From positions 1-36,927 of the forward strand of contig CBFDCV010000003.1 in the NCBI GenBank assembly GCA_965603395.1: a stretch of DNA of 36,927 nucleotides. The letters are read 5' to 3'. Every line of letters starts with the position of its first letter. Position 1 is the first letter of the stretch. Made by a program: the position numbers and the translations under genes. Positions 34,278-36,927 of the stretch are shown piece after piece. The notes under the pieces were generated by a model. That model ran no database searches. It worked only from the letters and a program-made list of their open reading frames with translations, and had not been told where the DNA came from. This DNA comes from an uncultured candidate division WWE3 bacterium (GTDB taxonomy: Bacteria; Patescibacteriota; WWE3; UBA101185; UBA10185).

Positions 34278-35100
34278 ACAAACCGTCCGGTAAGATTTTC
34301 CGTACTTCTAATAAGCTCATATTTTTATGCCTAGAAAGCACCCAAGTGACTATGGCCTCATTCTCTTCCTTGCTAAAAGTGCAGGTCGAGTAAACTAGCG
34401 TTCCTCCCGGTGTAAGCATTTTGATAGCGGAAGATACTAATTTTTTTTGAAGCTTAGCTAGTTTTTTTGGTTTTTTTGGATTCCAGTACTCAAATGTGTC
34501 AGGCTCAGTTAAACAAATCAGACCTTCATTCGAACAAGGTGCATCTACCAATACTTTGTCAAAATACTCCTCAAATAACCTATACTTTTTCTCTAAACCC
34601 ACCCCAGTAGAATAAATTACCTCTGCACTTTTAACTCCCTGCCTTCTTAAGTTATCCTCCAGTTTAAAAACCCGTTTCTTATTATTTTCTACTGCCACAA
34701 TTTGCGCATTTCCTTTTGTTATTATTGCCATTTGCGAAGTCTTGCTCCCCGGAGCAGCGCACAGATCTAGTATTCTCTCCCCCTCTTGAGGATCCAGCAT
34801 ATAAACAGGCACCATGCTCGACAGGTTTTGTATATAGATCTTTCCCTCATTAACTAAACTGGTTTCTGAAAGTCTTTTGCCCTCTGGTTCTCTCAAAACT
34901 ATAAAACTGTTTTTTAAGGGACCGGGTTTAATAAGAAACCTTTGTTTTTTTAACTCCCGCAACGCGTCATTGAGATTAATCAAAGTAGTATTGACTCTGA
35001 AGGTCTTGGGCGGCCTGGTATACATGTGCTGGAGAATCCTGACATGTTTGGGGCCGAACATCTTCTGGATTTTCTGTATAAACAGATCTTTTTTCTCCAT
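34237..35100 (-). CDS. RsmB/RsmF/NOP2 family RNA cytosine-C5 methyltransferase
   Basis: RVNT, IQNLSSM, ILDLCAAPGSKT, DKVLVDAPCS, LQKKL and LVYSTCT...EENE motifs. Start assigned to the ATG at 35100. Confidence 0.92.
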   Translation of the reverse strand: MEKKDLFIQKIQKMFGPKHVRILQHMYTRPPKTFRVNTTLINLNDALRELKKQRFLIKPGPLKNSFIVLREPEGKRLSETSLVNEGKIYIQNLSSMVPVYMLDPQEGERILDLCAAPGSKTSQMAIITKGNAQIVAVENNKKRVFKLEDNLRRQGVKSAEVIYSTGVGLEKKYRLFEEYFDKVLVDAPCSNEGLICLTEPDTFEYWNPKKPKKLAKLQKKLVSSAIKMLTPGGTLVYSTCTFSKEENEAIVTWVLSRHKNMSLLEVRKILPDGLFTGFFAAKFVRLG

Positions 35101-35107
35101 TGTAATA

Positions 35108-35116
35108 ATTGTATCA
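35108..35116 (-). promoter_or_regulatory. Extended -10 promoter TGATACAAT, 7 nt before the methyltransferase ATG (leaderless)
   Basis: TGnTACAAT with no SD. Confidence 0.6.
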
Positions 35117-35138
35117 GAGTAGATTCGATAAAAAATCA

Positions 35139-35167
35139 TTTACACAAAACGCTCTAACCGTTATCCT
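35139..35167 (+). promoter_or_regulatory. Candidate promoter for the 83-aa ORF
   Basis: TTTACA-17 nt-TATCCT. Confidence 0.4.
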
Positions 35168-35210
35168 TAGTTTTAAATATATCTTACCCATTCAATAATT
35201 AGGAGGAATC

Positions 35211-35462
35211 ATGTGCAGTGATGACGTTGAAGATCTTAGAGATTGGACCGATAAGCCTTTTTCCCAAATTGCGGAAGAGTTGTTAGAAAACGGGAGAAGG
35301 TGTCTGGTAAGGATAAACGGTAATTTAGATGAGTTATCAATAACTGAGCTTGGTGATAACTGGATCTTTACCCATGTATCTTTCCCGGACGGATCAATTA
35401 TGGTGTCGGCTCTTTTTTGCAAAACGCTCACACCAAAATCAGTTATACCTTATAGGGGCTAG
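35211..35462 (+). CDS. Small hypothetical protein (83 aa)
   Basis: AGGAGG 4 nt before the ATG, a candidate promoter upstream and a terminator downstream. No recognisable family. Confidence 0.6.
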   Translation: MCSDDVEDLRDWTDKPFSQIAEELLENGRRCLVRINGNLDELSITELGDNWIFTHVSFPDGSIMVSALFCKTLTPKSVIPYRG

Positions 35463-35478
35463 CGAGCATGTTAAACCT

Positions 35479-35526
35479 AAAACCGAAGCCAATTCCCTCA
35501 ACACAGCTTCGGTTTTTCCCTTTTTT
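35479..35526 (+). terminator. Intrinsic terminator after the 83-aa ORF
   Basis: AAAACCGAAGC-16 nt-GCTTCGGTTTT, followed by a T-rich tract. Confidence 0.6.
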
Positions 35527-35581
35527 AATCTTTTCATCATTACAAAAAAGGATATAATAATACAGCTTGGAGAAATCTAAC

Positions 35582-36927
35582 ATGAATAAATTTATCTACG
35601 ACTATCAACTAGAAAGGTACGAAACTACCAGATTTATAAAGCGTGTATTTTCCGGTTTTTTTAAGAAAGCAAAAAATAATAAGCCAAGGTGGGATAACAA
35701 GGCAAAATTCCTGTTGATTGGGTCCTATTTTCAATTTTTGCTAATTTCTGTTCTCTTAACTTTCTTTTCACCCTACTACGTTGCTGTCCCCGTCATTATT
35801 ATTTTGTGGTTAGGTAGGTTTATCTTTTTAGTTATTTCCAACTTCGCATATTTACCTATTGAGAAACAAAGAAATGACAAAAATATTGAGTTAGCAAAAC
35901 AAAAAATAGATTCTTTCCCTAGTTTTGCTAGGGTCGGAATTGCTGGTAGTTCCGGAAAATCATCAATTAAAGAAATTTTGGATGGCTTGCTACAAGAAAA
36001 CACGTTGATCACTAGGGAAGATGAAAACACGCTGGTAAGCACTGCGAAACTCATCGATGAAAAGCTAAACAAGGACCATAAAACCTTTATTTGTGAGATT
36101 AACGCATACAAAAATGGGGAAATTAAGAAAATGTGTGAATTAACCACGCCCAAAATAGGCCTTCTTCCCGCCATCAACGAACAGCACTTAGAGCGCTTTA
36201 AAAGTATCGATAATACCGTAGATGCTAAATTTGAGCTATTACAAAATCTCAAGGTGGAGGGAATAGGTATTGTAAACCTGGATGAACAGCTAATTAATTC
36301 GAATTTAAAAAAAGCACTTCCCACAAAATTAATCGGTTACACGCTTGAGGGAAGAGAAAATGAGCTATGCCAACAAGTATTATCCGCAAACAACATTTTT
36401 ATGGGACCAAAAGGATCTAGCTTTTCTCTTGAAATTTCGGGACAGTTATACTTTTTCAAATCACCACTACTAGGAAAAAAGCACTTAAGTAATCTACTGG
36501 CAGCTATTATTTGCGCGGTTGAACTTGGAGAGAGCCCTTTTAGCCTTGTGGGCAGGGTTAGTCAACTTGAGCAAATACCCGGAAGGTTAGAATACAAAAT
36601 CCATAACGGAATCCATGTTTTAAATGATGTCCACAGTTGTAACGTGGCCGGTTATAAAGAAGCTCTTAGCACACTGAACATGTTTGAAGGAACGAAAGTA
36701 ATTGCAACTCCCGGTATTTTTGAAATAGGAAATAAAAGTAGTGAAGTACACAAACTTCTCGGTTACTTAGCTTCTCAAAGCGCTGACCTGATACTACTGA
36801 TAGGAAAAAGTGATCGAACAGAAAACATTAGATTTGGGGCTTTAGATAACAAATTTGACAAACAAAACATCACCAGACTTAAAGACCTTGAAGAGGTTTA
36901 TAGATTTGTAGACAAGAATTTGAATGA
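35582..36927 (+). CDS. MurF-like Mur ligase with an N-terminal membrane anchor (runs off the right edge)
   Basis: Manual translation, open to the window end: MNKFIYDYQLERY...hydrophobic segments...VGIAGSSGKSSIKE...QHLERF...AKFEL...PLLGK..LSNLLAA...PGRLE...ATPGIFEIG. TATAAT at 35553-35558 and GGAG lie upstream. Confidence 0.8.
   Translation, partial: MNKFIYDYQLERYETTRFIKRVFSGFFKKAKNNKPRWDNKAKFLLIGSYFQFLLISVLLTFFSPYYVAVPVIIILWLGRFIFLVISNFAYLPIEKQRNDKNIELAKQKIDSFPSFARVGIAGSSGKSSIKEILDGLLQENTLITREDENTLVSTAKLIDEKLNKDHKTFICEINAYKNGEIKKMCELTTPKIGLLPAINEQHLERFKSIDNTVDAKFELLQNLKVEGIGIVNLDEQLINSNLKKALPTKLIGYTLEGRENELCQQVLSANNIFMGPKGSSFSLEISGQLYFFKSPLLGKKHLSNLLAAIICAVELGESPFSLVGRVSQLEQIPGRLEYKIHNGIHVLNDVHSCNVAGYKEALSTLNMFEGTKVIATPGIFEIGNKSSEVHKLLGYLASQSADLILLIGKSDRTENIRFGALDNKFDKQNITRLKDLEEVYRFVDKNLN

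Noticed and set aside
35192-35580. Alternative ORFs 35192-35431 (-) and 35350-35580 (+)
   Set aside because: They overlap the SD-supported 83-aa ORF or run through its terminator, and lack start signals.
35776-36324. 182-aa minus-strand ORF
   Set aside because: Antisense to the MurF-like frame, which has clear family motifs.
1-36927. Alternative genetic code (UGA=Gly, code 25)
   Set aside because: fusA and rpoB end at TGA at their expected lengths, and all conserved genes are full-length under code 11.

Overview
AT-rich bacterial chromosomal core region read with genetic code 11 (TGA is used as a stop). It most likely comes from a Patescibacteria/CPR genome (WWE3/Microgenomates-like); this is an inference from the missing rpmD/L30, the atypical EF-G G-motifs and the compact gene order. 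Almost everything is on the minus strand: lepB, rpoB-rpoC, the str operon (rpsL-rpsG-fusA-tuf), rpsJ, the S10 and spc clusters (no L30), secY, ybaB, adk, a CAP-domain membrane protein and a surface-glycosylation cluster. That cluster holds a DPM1-like/GtrA fusion, an ALG5-like GT2, ugd, three GT4s, a GT-C membrane transferase and a partial GT2. The right end carries a TMTC-like GT-C/TPR protein, an RsmB/RsmF-family methyltransferase, a small ORFan and a partial membrane-anchored MurF-like ligase. I found no rRNA, tRNA, CRISPR array or mobile element. The best leads lie inside the housekeeping genes and their spacers: EF-G has NKxN instead of NKxD plus a rebuilt G5 loop (a possible change in nucleotide specificity); L3 has lost about a third of its length internally; the L2 DHPHGG region is rewritten; there is a candidate attenuator leader before rplC; a 4x tandem duplication of the rplD start creates a mini-ORF; an identical 17-mer occurs in the rpoB leader and the rplW-rplB spacer; several promoters look leaderless; and there may be a eukaryote-like lipid-linked protein O-glycosylation pathway. 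All identifications are by eye from remembered family motifs, and no database search was run.
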